Positions 25,359 through 38,043 of a DNA stretch of 64,000 nucleotides are shown here, piece after piece. The notes beneath the pieces were generated by a model. That model made no database searches. It was not told where the DNA came from and saw only the letters and a list, made by a program, of their open reading frames with translations. Every line of letters begins with the position of its first letter. Positions within the stretch are counted from its first letter, which is position 1. The stretch covers positions 560,826 through 624,825 of the forward strand of contig MU053561.1 in assembly GCA_013239625.1 (NCBI GenBank), written 5' to 3'. This DNA is from Lama guanicoe. Its lineage: Eukaryota. The translations under genes and the position numbers were made by a program.

Positions 25359-27204
25359 GGACCATCAAGAGGTCAGGGGCGGAATGCATGGCTGTTAGCA
25401 TAACTGACTGCCTCTTGGGCCCTTACAGTTTTTCCTGTCCTTCCATTGACCCCATCCAAGACTGTACTGGGCAGTAAATCACTTCTCTGTCGTCAAGGGC
25501 TTTATAGTTAATACTGCTTAATAATCCTTAGGACCAGGTGGCCTCTATGCTCTGTTAGTCCCCAAACAATGATGAAAACCTTCCCTGATGTATTCTCAGT
25601 GCCCGAGAGACTAGTTACCCATTTGTGAATCTTGACTTAAGAATGAACATCCTGTTTCCAAGCACCTACCCCATACCCTAGGTTAACTATAAAATGGTCC
25701 CAATGGCCCTTCGGCGGTGCAGAGTGCTTACAGATCATTGCCCGTCCGATCCTGATCCCACTCTATGAGCAAGTTACCCTCTAATAAAGTGATCCATTGA
25801 TTACATGGAGCCACCCGCCTCGATTTTTGGTCTCAAGATGCCTTCACCGTTCCGTGGGCACGTTTTGTTCCCTCTATTCTTGAATGAAGGTCTGACAGTG
25901 GGAAACATCATTTACCACCCTCAGCACTAGGCAGGGGCTCCACAAAATTTGTTGAGTGAATACATAGTCCCTGCCCTCCAGAGGCTTACAGTCTGGTTGG
26001 GGAGCAAGGCTATTGTACATAGTCTGTGAAATTAAGAGCTGTGACAAGGCAGTCCTTCAGAGAACAGCTGGGTTACCCTGTCCCTAATTCTCTCCTTGCA
26101 ACCAAACCCCAAGTTTCCTATAAAGCTTTATGATACCTAAGTGATTTTGAGGAAAATGCTAATAATAACGCGATTCTTAAAAGTTTTCAGGTAATGTCTT
26201 TCCTGTTTCAATTCACCTGCTTCCTCATCAATGTGGTCATGTTTTTTGCTTGAGGGTTCTTAGCTGTGCTTGTTAGCAGTACTGGGAGAATGAAGCCCAT
26301 TTTGCACAAACACGTAAATCTGGTTTTAGTTTATTTTTTTAAAATCACATTATTTTTAGGCCCTATTCCCTCTGAGTCCTTTCAGTGCTCCCACACACCA
26401 GCCCAAGTATGCTAATACTTTGGAGACAGCTAAGTCAATGATTCATGTAAAGGCAAAAATAGTTCTGTGGAATTCAAACTCTCCGGGCCAAAAGTGATAA
26501 CCGAGAAAACCAATCACGCACATTTTTCAGATCGATCTCTAGAGTGGAAATTCATGAAGTCCTCCTGCCACAGCAGATTTGTTTCATTGACTGCAATTTG
26601 GTCCTCCCAGATCCTTTCCACTGAAATGACCACAGCTGCCCCTAGAATAATGCTCAGTGAGAGAAGTCTTCCATTCTATGATCGATTATAAGAAAAGTCT
26701 TGCAGGTCCTCAGCTAACACTGGCTGCAGGTCTCCAGCAATAATCTTCTCTGTTCTGGGATGTATAGATTCAATCAAAGGTCCATATGTTAGGCTATAGT
26801 AGCCAGACATAATCAACTTCTTGAGCCCGCTCTGCTAAGCAAGCTGAAGTACACTCTAGCAGTAGGGGCACACGCACTGTCCCACTGTAGACGTCTTATT
26901 AAGAACCAGCTCAGGAGGGAAAGGAAAATTTCTTCTGTGATCACCTTTACAATCTGCCATTTTCTTTTCTTTTGCTTTATTTTCGTTTTGCTCTTACATT
27001 CAGAATGTAAAAGATTCTAAAGCTTCGAAAACAAAGACATGCAGCTTCTAAAAGCCAAGTCCTTCACAAACATATTCGACTTTCTCAGAAAGAGAAAATC
27101 ACTTGGATCTTTATATTGAGAATTTTGTCAGGCCAAATCCAAGAAAAAAAGCCTCAATAACTGAGAGGCACACTTCAGGGAATCTGCCAGATCTGAAAAT
27201 AACA

Positions 27205-27945
27205 CTAAAAGCTTTATGCATATGTCATACCTACCAGAATGGCCAACGAGGAAAGAAAAGATAGTGTGGCAGAGGGAAAAAAAAGCAACTAGAATTCTCA
27301 AACATTGTTCAGAGAGTCTAAATCACTAGAGCAATTCGGGAAACTGTTTTGGCAGTATCTCCAAAAGCTGAGCATACATACGCCCTATGACCTTGCCACG
27401 CAGGCGTACATCCCACAGAAACACATCGCATATTTACGGAAACACTTGCAGTAGAAAGTCCACAGCAGCACTATCCACAAGAGCCCCAAACTAGAAACAA
27501 CACAAATGCCCAAACGCAGTAGAATGGATAAATATGTAACGGTAGATTCACAATGGAATCCTACTCAGCAATGATAACGAATAAACCACACCCTCACGGA
27601 AGAACATGGATGAACCTCATAAACATAATGTTGGATGAAAGGAGGCAAATAAAAGTTATGTGTGTTTCTTGAACTGATATAAAGTTCGAGGAACAGACAA
27701 ACTACTGCACCATGTTACAAGTCAGGGTTGTGGTTGCCCTTGGGAGGGGATGGTGACTGAGAGGGGGCAAGAGGTGGGTCTCTGGGATGGTAATGTCGCT
27801 CTGTTTCTTAATCTGGACTTTCTCTTTGGAAAAAAGTTCATTGAGGCGTGTTCTCTTTGGAAAAAAGTTCATTGAGCTGAACACCTGTGATTAGTGTGTT
27901 TTTCTCTAAGTACTTGTACTTCAGTGAAAAATTTGCTTAAAAAGA
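27205..27945 (+). mobile_element. Old L1 (L1MB/L1ME-like) 3' end
   Basis: tttggcagtatct..aaagctgagcatac...aaactagaaacaacacaaatgcc...agtagaatggataaat...catggatgaacctcataaacataatgttg. Confidence 0.8.
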
Positions 27946-28729
27946 AGCTTAATGTAATTATAGTCTGTGTGTCCCAAGCTTTACCAGGTAGTTTTATACA
28001 ATTTTAGCCCAGGGTCACGTTTATAATAATAATCTAAATCTCGAGCCTCCATGCCTGACAACGGCTGACTAGCAGGAAGGCTTTTATTTTTTCACTTTCG
28101 ATTTCTCCAGCTATTTCTGGGAATTCCCAGAAATACATAACTTTAGTGGAATCACCAGTTTTGGTGGTGTCTTCCTCTGAGATTTCTAGAAGTTAGACCA
28201 CCACCTCTATGTAATCTGAGCCCCTGTTGAGCCTCTCTTCTGTTGTCCACCGTCACTTTGATCATCTCTGGGACCTGGTCTCGCACTGCTGCCTTTGTCG
28301 GGACATCTGAGTGTCTGCCTGTGTCCCCTGAGCTCTCTTCTCTCTGGCCAGCGCACCCTCGTGTCCAGTTCTTTCAGGAAGACGGCTGCAGCTGCGCTCC
28401 GTGAGCCCCCAGAGACACAATTCTGGCATGTCTACCACAGCCCTACCATCCCAGGGCTCACGGGTGCCCTGGGGATGACGGGGGACTGGGTAGAGGGGCA
28501 GGAAGAACTGTTCTGCATTATGCCTGGAACAGCTGCTCCTCCGAACCCCAGACGCTGCTGCTCAGGAGGCCCCATTCCAGGGACACTTCTTCATTCCTGG
28601 TCATTCGCTCTCTGCGGGCCAGTTGAGAGTCCCTCCTCTCCCACCTCCCTCCGCGTTCTCCAGTTCACTAGGTAGCCTGTATATTTCTGAACCCCAATTA
28701 CAGACAAGGTTCTAGTTCTTTCCAACCAG

Positions 28730-28843
28730 TGGGGTGACCAACTCATTCCAATGTACTTAGGATTTTCACAGTTTTAGCACTGAAAGTCCCACGTCCTCAA
28801 AGCCGCCTCCGTCCCAGGCAAACCAGGATGATTGGTTGCCCCA
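28730..28843 (+). mobile_element. MER81-like hAT (Blackjack) MITE
   Basis: TIRs tggggtgaccaa / ttggttgcccca, internal ttttagcactgaaagtccc; degenerate 8-bp TSD ccaaccag / ccagcctg. Confidence 0.75.
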
Positions 28844-30701
28844 CCAGCCTGGTTTCTGCGCCCCAGAACAGCCCCACTAGCATCAGCTGGGCATCTGTTC
28901 AATTTCCCCAAAATCTTTTGAGGCAGCTGGGAAGCACACATGGGACCTTTAGGGGAGAGTGTTGCTTCTCTTTCCATGAAGTCTATTGGCTAGACCTGGA
29001 GAAGAAAATTGAGAAATTGAGAATTTTTTTAAAAACCTTGGACTCACAGTCAGTTGAAGAGTCTGACCTAAATCTGGCAGACTTGATTCCTCTTGGCCAA
29101 CATGAAACATCTAGCCAATTCTTACAGAGTCTGGAGCTGAAGAGTCTGCTGGCCTTCCAGACCAGTCACTTGCATAAAGGTGTGACTCACAGGGAAGTGA
29201 ACCAGATGATCAGAATGATCATAGAGCATCACCAAAGACATTGGCAAGGGACAGCCTGAACCTTCTGGTCACCCATCAGAAGAGATCCTGGGATCACGTG
29301 GAAGGCCCAATTCTTGAGAATGGGTGTCAACCACGGAAAGAAAATTCTTATTCTAATGGCCCGAAGCTTGAAGTAAATAAGGGGTTGAATTGACTAAAGT
29401 GCATTCACTTGGGAGAAGCATTGTCATTATACAAAACTGTCAAATTATAAAATACTAACTTGCCCATTGTTTTCAGATGACACACTGTGAACAGAGTTGA
29501 TTTTAGATAGTGGTCCTTAAACGTATTCAGATGAAGAAAGGTCTGAAGTCAAAGTACGCCAGTAAAAACACATAAACAAACCCTCAACCCAACTGAACAA
29601 AACCCAAACCCTCTCTCCCCTCCCACAGTTAAAATCCTGCTTTACTAAATGTTCACTAAGGGAATACTTTCATTCTGTACTAGATTTTAGTATCAGTGAG
29701 AGAGAAATAATTATGGATAGAATTGAGAACATTTTTCCCATTAACTTAATTTTTTTTTCCTGGGGAAATGCCATGATTTGGTTGAAAGTCAGTTCAAAAC
29801 ATCTTCCTGTTTATGGGATAAGTAGGAGGTGAATTTGAGAGCCATTGCTCTAAGGAACAAGTAAGACTCATTAGGATTTGTACTTCAGCTTGCTTAGACC
29901 TGTTTTCTTAAGTTAAACATTTCCTACCACAATCTTTGTTTTGCTCTTAATGTACCTTGCAAATCTTGTTATTCAAACAGCTCAAAGATGTCCAATCTGT
30001 CGAGCTTTTCCTGTATGGAACGAGAGCCGGCTTCGCCGTCTGTAACATGGCCCTGCTTTTCTGTGGGCTTCCAGCGTTTCCCCAGGTGGCTACCAGAGGG
30101 CTCCAGGGTGGCCGTGTGTACCCTCTGCAACGCATGGGCTTGGTCCCAAGGCCAGCCAACCTCACTCAGCAACTAAAGAAGTAACTTATTGGCGGGGGGG
30201 GGGGGGGCGGTGGCAAGCCAGTTACAAATGAGTGTGCTGTGACTCCAAATGGCAGCTTTGGAAAGAATCATTAGGTCCTTCCTGGTGGGCAACTTGACTT
30301 AGAACTGGAAGACTGCTTTGCCTGGAGCCTGTCAAGCTCAGTTAGAACGCTTTTGCAGTCGAGAGGTTTCAGTGAGATGGGCTGATGGTTTCTTCCTGCC
30401 CGGCAGTTTGTCACGGTATTGGCAACGGGCGAGACCGTGAGGGCGAGCAAGCCTCTCACTCTGGCCTGGGTAAGCCTCATCCACTTTGCCCACCCATTGG
30501 CTCGCCTCATGAAGTGTGGCCTTGGCTAAGTCCCTAACCGCTTCTTTTTCAATTTCCTCAGGAGAAAAATCGCCCCAAAACACAGGTGTGGATCAAATGA
30601 GGTCACATATAGGGGGTTTATAAAAAGTAGACTGCTTGCAAAGTATATTCATCTTGGTTACTCCTAAGAGAAACGAAGAGAATTCAACTGAATTCTGTAC
30701 A

Positions 30702-30720
30702 TCTCCACTAGAGGGCGCCC
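30702..30720 (+). promoter_or_regulatory. CTCF binding motif
   Basis: TCTCCACTAGAGGGCGCCC matches the core consensus CCASYAGRKGGCRS. Confidence 0.75.
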
Positions 30721-31140
30721 TTTCACCCCAAATTCCCTGTGCAAATTCCCTGTTCTAAATTCAGCAGGTGGAATTTTGGTGCTTAAGTAGCAAGGAAAGG
30801 AAGGGTATTGCCACATGCCTTCTCAGCCTAGAAATTGGACATGGTTCTCATTTATTATTACGACCATGAAGAGTTCCTTTTCTTTATACCTTTAGCAAAT
30901 AACACCCTAAGAAATCTATTGGTTTTGAAGCCCATTTTTATATGACAATATTATGGCCAGCACTGCAGAAAAACAAGTGATAAAGAATATACACAGAAGT
31001 ATCAACTGTACCAGAGTGTGGTAATGGGGATACAAGCCACTTTGGGGATCCAAAAGCAATTGGTAGTGATGGGAATGGTTATTTAAAGCCTACTTTGTGC
31101 TAGGTGTTCTACAGATACTGTTTCATTTAATCTTCTGTAA

Positions 31141-31344
31141 CAAGGGTTAGAAAACTATGGCCCAAAGGTCAAACTTAGCTGGCTGACTGTTTTTATAAGT
31201 AAAATTTTGCTGGGGCACGGCCAAGCTCATTTGTTTACATTGCTGTCTCTGTGCCTACACTGTACAATGGCAGAGACCATATGGCCCAGAGAGTTTAAAA
31301 TATGTACAATCTGGCTCATTGCAGAAAAGGCTTGCTGAATCCTG
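31141..31344 (+). mobile_element. MER58A-like hAT-Charlie MITE
   Basis: caagggttagaaaactatggccc...gctcatttgtttacatt...agagaccatatggccc...aggcttgctgaatcctg. Confidence 0.75.
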
Positions 31345-32182
31345 CTTTATAACCAGGTGAGATTGGAACTACTGATGAATAAATAACAACTCAGAAAAAT
31401 TAAGTAGCCAAAGTCATATTTCTAGTAAATTGCGGAGTTAGAGTTTGACGCAAAGTCGACCTTCTTTTCAAAGCCCTTGTTCTTTCTGCTTTTACTGCAC
31501 AATAACCTCCCCCCACCCCGCCTAGTTTATCAAGCACCTACATAGGTCTGGTGTTTCATGCTGTGACTCTTATATATTATCATAATTTCAAACTACTTTG
31601 CATTCGTTTCCGGGATCTGCACAGTCCAATTTCAGCTTGCCTTTCCTGCCTCATCTCCTATTCCTCCCCTAGTGAGCTGAGCTCAAGTGACCTGGTGCCT
31701 ACACTGTTTCCAAGCACGCCTTTTGCCTCCTCGCTCCATGCCCCTGTTTCATGATTCTACCACATTCAGATAAACACCCTCCTTCACACTTCAGATCCTG
31801 TTTTTCCTCCAGGAATCCTGTCTTGACTACCCATTGGGAGATGATCTCTCCAGTGTAGAGGGGAGTTCTTCCTGCTGATTTAGCACTGATCACATGCTGC
31901 CTTGGATTACCTTTTGATTTGCCTGTCTTATCTTTGAAAGGAGGTTGTAAATCTCCTGAGACTGAGAACTGTGTGCACCCCACCCCACACCCTGGGAACG
32001 ACACCCTGTTATCACACTGGGACCATAAAACGGCAGGTCCTTCCACAGAAGTAAACTCCGTCCACCCATCCACACAACTCAGCCTGTAACTAAGAGTACA
32101 ATATTGGCACCTGGATATGCAGTGTAAATGTGAAGAAATGAAGAAAACTCAGGAAAGGAAAGAAGCAGCTGACCCTTGCTTC

Positions 32183-32420
32183 TTTTTTAGTTGAAATATA
32201 GTCGATTCACAGTGTTGTGGTAGTTTCTAGTGTACAGCATAGTGAGTCAGTCATATAGTCCTTTTCATATTCTTTTTTATTATTGGTTATTACCAGATAT
32301 TGAATACGGTTCCCTTTGCTGTGCAGTAGGACCTTGCTGTTTATCTATTTTCTATATAGTAGTTAGTAACTGCAAATCCCAAACTCCCAATTTATCCCTC
32401 CCCACCTTTCCCCCTCACTC
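32183..32420 (-). mobile_element. 5'-truncated L1 3' end
   Basis: ttgaaatatagtcgattcacagtgttgt...gaccttgctgtttatctatttt...aatcccaaactcccaatttatccctcccc. Confidence 0.8.
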
Positions 32421-32479
32421 TTATTTTTGAATCTAGGACTATGGAATTAGATGCCCCTCAAGTGCCTTTCCTAGGACAG

Positions 32480-32720
32480 CACAGCAATTAGCAGCATGAG
32501 ACCCGGAGTCAAACCTGGGTCTGAAATCGGACTCTGGTACTTACCGGCTCTGTGACTTTGAGCAAATTACTGAGCCTCTCTGAGCTTCAGTGTCCTCACA
32601 TGTGTAATAGAGAAAGCAGTAATGCCTAACTGGTTTGTCATGAGAAGTAAATGAGGAGATAACTTTAAAGCTCTTAGCGCATCTCCGGCACATATGAGGC
32701 TGTTAATAATTACCAGCCAT
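32480..32720 (+). mobile_element. MIR SINE
   Basis: ggagtcaaacctgggtctgaaatc...tgtgactttgagcaaattact.agcctctctgagcttcagtgtcctca...aaatgag. Confidence 0.75.
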
Positions 32721-34029
32721 TATTTTTCCGAAGCTCTGTCCCTAGATGGGCCCCAGATCTCAATATTGATGACTGGCTGTACCCAGTCCACCTACTGCTG
32801 TGTGTTAACCATCCTTCCTGACCGTGTCATCAAAGAACACTACCAAGTGTCCCACTGCAATTGGAGGGGCTACCAAAAAAGTAGATGTTGAATGCCCTGC
32901 CCACAGTAGCTAAATTTTAATAGAGACATGGGAGGCAAAAAAACTGACACTTCATCTCCGCCCCTTCTCTCCAAACACCATTTATAGCAGGCATATGGTT
33001 CCAAACTGGAGGCAGAGTGGAGAGTCATCTGCTCATCTGCTAATGTAATGCCTCAGGGTCTCCTGGCTAGGTGACTCTCTTCGGTAACAATAGGTTCCTT
33101 CATCTGTCACCTCCAAGAGAATCCGGTTACTCATTTTTGTTCTGTTGTTGCCTTGGGGCTATGGCTTAGCCCCACTCCCCCATTCCTTTCTTCCCTACGC
33201 TTTCTAAGCTGTTTATCAGTCCAGGACACACTTGAGTTTTCAGATTTAAAGATGGACGCTACCACAGGGTGACGAATTGGGGTTGATGTGAGCGGTGTAC
33301 GGATAGAGAGGCTCCTGGTATGAACCATGGGCATTCAATCCACCCTGAGTCCCTGCACTCTAGCTTCACAGCTTTCTCCCTTCCTACGTGCTCAGCCAAC
33401 GTTTCAGTGTGGTCCTTGAAAACACCTGGTATTTTCTGGTGACCGTGAGGTTTTTATTTCTGCTCTGGTTAAAGCTGCATTTTTTTTTTTTTGGTAACCA
33501 TTTGAATCCTTTGAAGAGTTATGCCCCTGGATTCTGTGCCTTTAAAATCCTTCACCTAATCTTCGTCTCTAGAGACCCTGGCCTGGGACATACCCTTGTT
33601 CTCATTTTCCGGGGTCTTCACGTGGAGTAAACCCAGATATCACAGCAGATGTAGCTAAGGGCATAATCCCAATTAACCACCTGGCTCTGCCTTCCGCTCC
33701 CCTCTACAAAAAAAAAACAGTCTTGACATAAGATCTAATAACTCGCCATAACTCTCCCATTTATTTTTAATGAGTACACAGGTTGACTAGTTCCTTTTTC
33801 AGTTGACCTTTTGAAGCTGTTAAACTGGTTTCTTTATATCAACAGCCCAAGCAAATGACCATAAATAAAATCTCCCAGAAAAAAAAATGTGCATTATTTT
33901 CTCTTCATAGTTAAATCCCTTTCACTTTGGACAGACCATACTCTAGGCAGGAGAACACGCTGGTATAATCTAAGCACGCAAGGCACAACCATCCCGGGAC
34001 AGTTTCCCTTTGGGTGGGCCTGACTGGAG

Positions 34030-34092
34030 GTAAACATTTCCTGGGCTGACGTGGGTACGCTCTATAAATAACTGGAAGTGTTAATGATTAAA
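34030..34092 (+). promoter_or_regulatory. Dense TF-motif cluster (FOX, CRE half-site, TATA/MEF2, ETS, HNF1); candidate enhancer or promoter
   Basis: GTAAACA 34030-34036, TGACGT 34047-34052, CTATAAATAA 34062-34071, GGAAGT 34074-34079, GTTAATGATTAAA 34080-34092. Confidence 0.45.
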
Positions 34093-37000
34093 GCAACTAT
34101 TACAGAGCCCACTGGCAATAGATGAAGCGGCGCTGGAAGCTGACAGAAGAAACAAGCTCATACAGTGAATCCCACAGCAGGAGAGGAAAACAAAGTTAGC
34201 GAAAGAAGACAGAGGATGGAGTTGAAGTCCTGGACCAGAAAGGATTTCTGGCTGACGGTAGGCAGGAAGTTGAGCCAGAAACTAAATGCAACTGGAGTAC
34301 TAACTACAGGACCAAAAATATTTGACTTGGGGGAGCAGAGCCAGGAAGAGGCTTAGTGAGTTTGTGGAGGAACTCAGCATCTACTCTGGGTGGCTGCCCA
34401 GCTCCGAGAAGTTTCTGCGGCACTAAGGATGCGGGATGTGGCCTCTGGGTAGCTTTCTGAATCTCAGCGAGACTACACTCCCCCAGGGATTTGTGAAGCT
34501 ACCCTGGGCACAGTGCAGCCCGGGCATCAGTAGGGGAGGCATGGAGAGGATACACACGAACTGATATTTCTCCCCTAAGAAGCTTCGAGTTTAGCTGGGG
34601 AAACAGAACCAACAATTTGCAGAAAACATCACATGAACCAATGAAAAGAGCATAAAATAAAACGCAAGTGTTTTGTGGCACAGTCTATCGGAGCTGTAGG
34701 CCTTCACGGGGTGGGAAATATGATAGTGGAAGGAGCAAAGAATTTCAAGTCAAAGGAAAAAAAAACCTAAACCTGTAGAATAAAAGAACTGAGCCTCAGA
34801 CAATGAATCAAGGTCTCAAAAGGTAGATCCAGACCCTGGGTAATTTGCTGTCCCCTTATATTAATATATTTAATAGAGAAGGGTGACAAAAAATTGCTGA
34901 TTATTTCCATTAATGAAAATCAAATCTCCCTCTATGCTCAAATAAAGGGTTTATTATTGGCACTAACTATAGCAGAATATTTCACTTATTTGGAATCATC
35001 TTTTATGTCACAGTTTTCCGAGCACTCATAACTGGAAAACATTAGTCACTCACACTCACCATGAGCAGAGATAACTTACTTGGATACAGTTACATAGTCT
35101 TGTTCAAGATATGGTTCTAAAAAAATATTTTTCTCAAATCACTGGAAGAGTAGCAAGACTACTCATGGTATATGAAGGGTGACTTTTACTTTTTAATCTA
35201 AATACTTGATTATTTAATTCCATAATAGCAAGAACGTATTCACACATCCCTTATAAAATCTATAATGTGTATATATACATATTTTAAGATTCCATTCTGT
35301 TACTTATTTATTGGCTTTATACCAATAAAACATTTCCCACATTTCTACAGTTTTTATTCTCTCTTCGGTTTCCCTTTCCAACCAGATGACTTCACGGGAG
35401 GTTCATTTAATGTTAATTAAAATTTATATTAAAAAATCTTTTCCCCTGCACTACGTCACACACTGGTTTGTCTCGGAATTCAGCTGCCAGCTTCAGGACC
35501 TCTTCAAGAAACATGTCAGTGTAGATCACAGGAAATTTCAGTGGAGATCAATCTGCAGCCCCAGGAGTGTTTTTACATTTCTCTCCAAGAAAACTTTCTT
35601 CTTGAGTGGGCCTGGAACCAGTTTACATTTCATCCCTTGTGTTGGGAGTGTTGGTAGAAACCTGAGTTAAATGGTGCCGAATCTCGGGTTTCTCCCAAGG
35701 GAGTTTGGATGCCTCTGTGGAATTTGTCCTGGGGCAGCTAACTGTGCCCTCTGGCTCTTGCCACTGAAACCCCTTTTCCTCCTCTGCGTGGGGATATTCA
35801 TAGTCCCAGAGTCTATCTCATGGAGTCCCTTGAAGCTCAACTGAGATAATGAATGTGAAAACATTTTTTGTAAATTGGGCAATGTTGGCCATAAGTAGGG
35901 TATTACCTTGGGAGAGGCAGAGAGTGTTAGGTTGGTATAGAAGGACTGCAGTAAGGATCCTGTCTTCTTTTTGCAAAAACTCCTCTTGAACACATGGTTC
36001 AGAATATACCAGGGAGGAAGGAGTCACTGGAAGGAGCACTGGCTTGGAAGTGTGGCTCTAGGTCAAGTCTGCAGCACTCCACTACGCTGAGATGTGTGAA
36101 CTTGGGTAAATCACTTAGCCTTCCCAGTTCCTTTGTATGTAAAACTGGATGTTTGGACAAAAAACCCTGTAAATTCTCTAAGTGTGAAAACAACGCTTCA
36201 GACTTTCTAAGAAAGTTAGGATTTGCTGAAATATGCACAATAGCCCGTCTTCTTCACTGAGGCGTCCTCTGGTGTCATACACTAGGCCTGACATGTAGTA
36301 TATACTCAGTAAATAAACGTTGACTACAAGAATGGCTGTTCAGTCGTAGTAGTACCTGATTTGCAGGGTAATCTTGTACTTCTGTCAATGCAACTTTACT
36401 CCTTTCAACAAAGATGAATGGTTGAATATATAACTCTGTAATTAATAGGAAATATTTTTCTGAAAATAGGCAAAGAAGGCAGAAGTGTGGAGGAAAACAA
36501 TGCTCTTGGTTGGAAAATGTTGAGCTGAAGGAACTTGCAGACTATCCAGGAAGAGAGGAAGAAGAGGAAGAGCTATTTAGTAAGTATGTTCTGTGAAAGG
36601 CACTCTGCCAGGCCTTTACTTGTCTTTAATCTTACAACAACCCTCCAAGCAATATCATCACTCCCATCTTATGGAAGCAAACACTGAGATAATAAAGACG
36701 TTATGAAATGTGCGCAAGGCCACTTAATGAGTAGGTTGCTGAGATGCGACTCCGATCCTAATCCTCTCATGTAAAGTCTGTACGAAGGCCACCATGCCAA
36801 ACTCGTTCTAACGTCCAGCGGTTAGGAATGATTATGCATTGTGTTAAATGTGGTTTTTAATGATTTGTAAAAATTATTCATGTCTCTATTAAACATAGTA
36901 TTAAAAGGTTAAAAAAAAAGAAATACTTTTCTAAGACGTATGACCTAAAGGAAACCATGACTCTACAAAATGATTCCGATTTTGGTCTGAAAGAAAATGG

Positions 37001-37923
37001 TCATCATGCCTGAAAAGACATATAATATTTAAGCTCAGGACTTTCTGGAACTTAGTTCCATTGCCTTGTCGAGGTGATTTCTTGTAGCACTAACATGTGA
37101 AGTAACACCAGCTCTGCTTCTGGTTCTCTCCACCCTGACACCCAACCCCCTCATCTTGGCCTCATTTTGGCCTTCCAGGATGCTCTGTGATTAATGCCAA
37201 GCTGTCCCTAGGCTCAGATCTTTGCACAAAAGATTCCTTTAGCCCTCCCCTCGTCTGTCACCTAGCTAACAACTACCCCTCCTTCCAGGCTCAGCTTGAA
37301 ACTCTCCCAGAAAATGTTTCCTGACCCCTAAGACTGGGTTAGTAGCACCTGGGATGTTATTCTGCTGCAGTTTGTCTGCACTGTGTTATTTGTCACACTA
37401 GATTTTCAGTCAGGCAGCAAGGTGAAGGGGACAAGAACACAGACATGGGGGCTGTACTGCTGGGTTCCGAGCCGACTAGCAGGGTGGATAGGGCAGGGAT
37501 GCCTCTTACAAGCTGCCTCCTAGGGCTGTTGAGCGTATTAAGTGAGTGAAGGAGTCTTATCTGGAAGCATATAGAACAAGGCTTGACACATAGTCTCATA
37601 TAATGTTTGCTGATTCTTGTGTTAAATGTTATTGTCATTTGGTCAACTCGAGCCCATAAACTCCTTGAGAGCAGAAAGTATGTTTTATTCACTGGTGTAC
37701 CTTAGCACCATAAATGTTCTGTAAACATTTGTTGAATAAACAGATTTATCTTTAATGCTTTACTGGAACCAGGCTGGGGGACCCTCTTACCTGATAAACC
37801 CACAGTGCTCAAAGAGAAAAGATGTCGAGCTGGGGGCGGAGGTACCAGGCAATCTGCTCAGCTAAAGCATCTTACTCAGAAGAGGAGATAGTGTTGGTTA
37901 CACCATTTAAAAAGCTGTGACTA

Positions 37924-38043
37924 TACTTTAATGAAATATATATATACATATATATATATATATGTATATATGTATATATGTATATACACATACACACACA
38001 CACACACCAAATATATATATGTATATATATATATACACCAAAA
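37924..38043 (+). repeat. (TA)n/(CA)n compound microsatellite inside a 15-bp direct repeat (minimal retrotransposon tail)
   Basis: aaaaagctgtgacta at 37909-37923 and 38044-38058 flanks tactttaatgaaa followed by the microsatellite. Confidence 0.85.

Larger units (their letters stand above)
22400..25885 (+). mobile_element. Deleted, degenerate ERVL-class (class III) provirus with two diverged LTRs
   Basis: 5' LTR part (about 22400-22670, ends ...ccaaCA) aligns with 3' LTR (about 25385-25885) over ccaagcaccta...ccctaggtta.ctataaaat...atcctgatcccactct...tgatccattgattacatggagcc...tctcaagatg; PBS-like sequence at 22673-22690; PPT-like aggggcggaa before 25385. Confidence 0.85.

Noticed and set aside
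28828..29259. 143-aa ORF with a helical-looking C-terminal half
   Set aside because: Starts inside a MER81-like MITE; no recognisable family or exon boundaries
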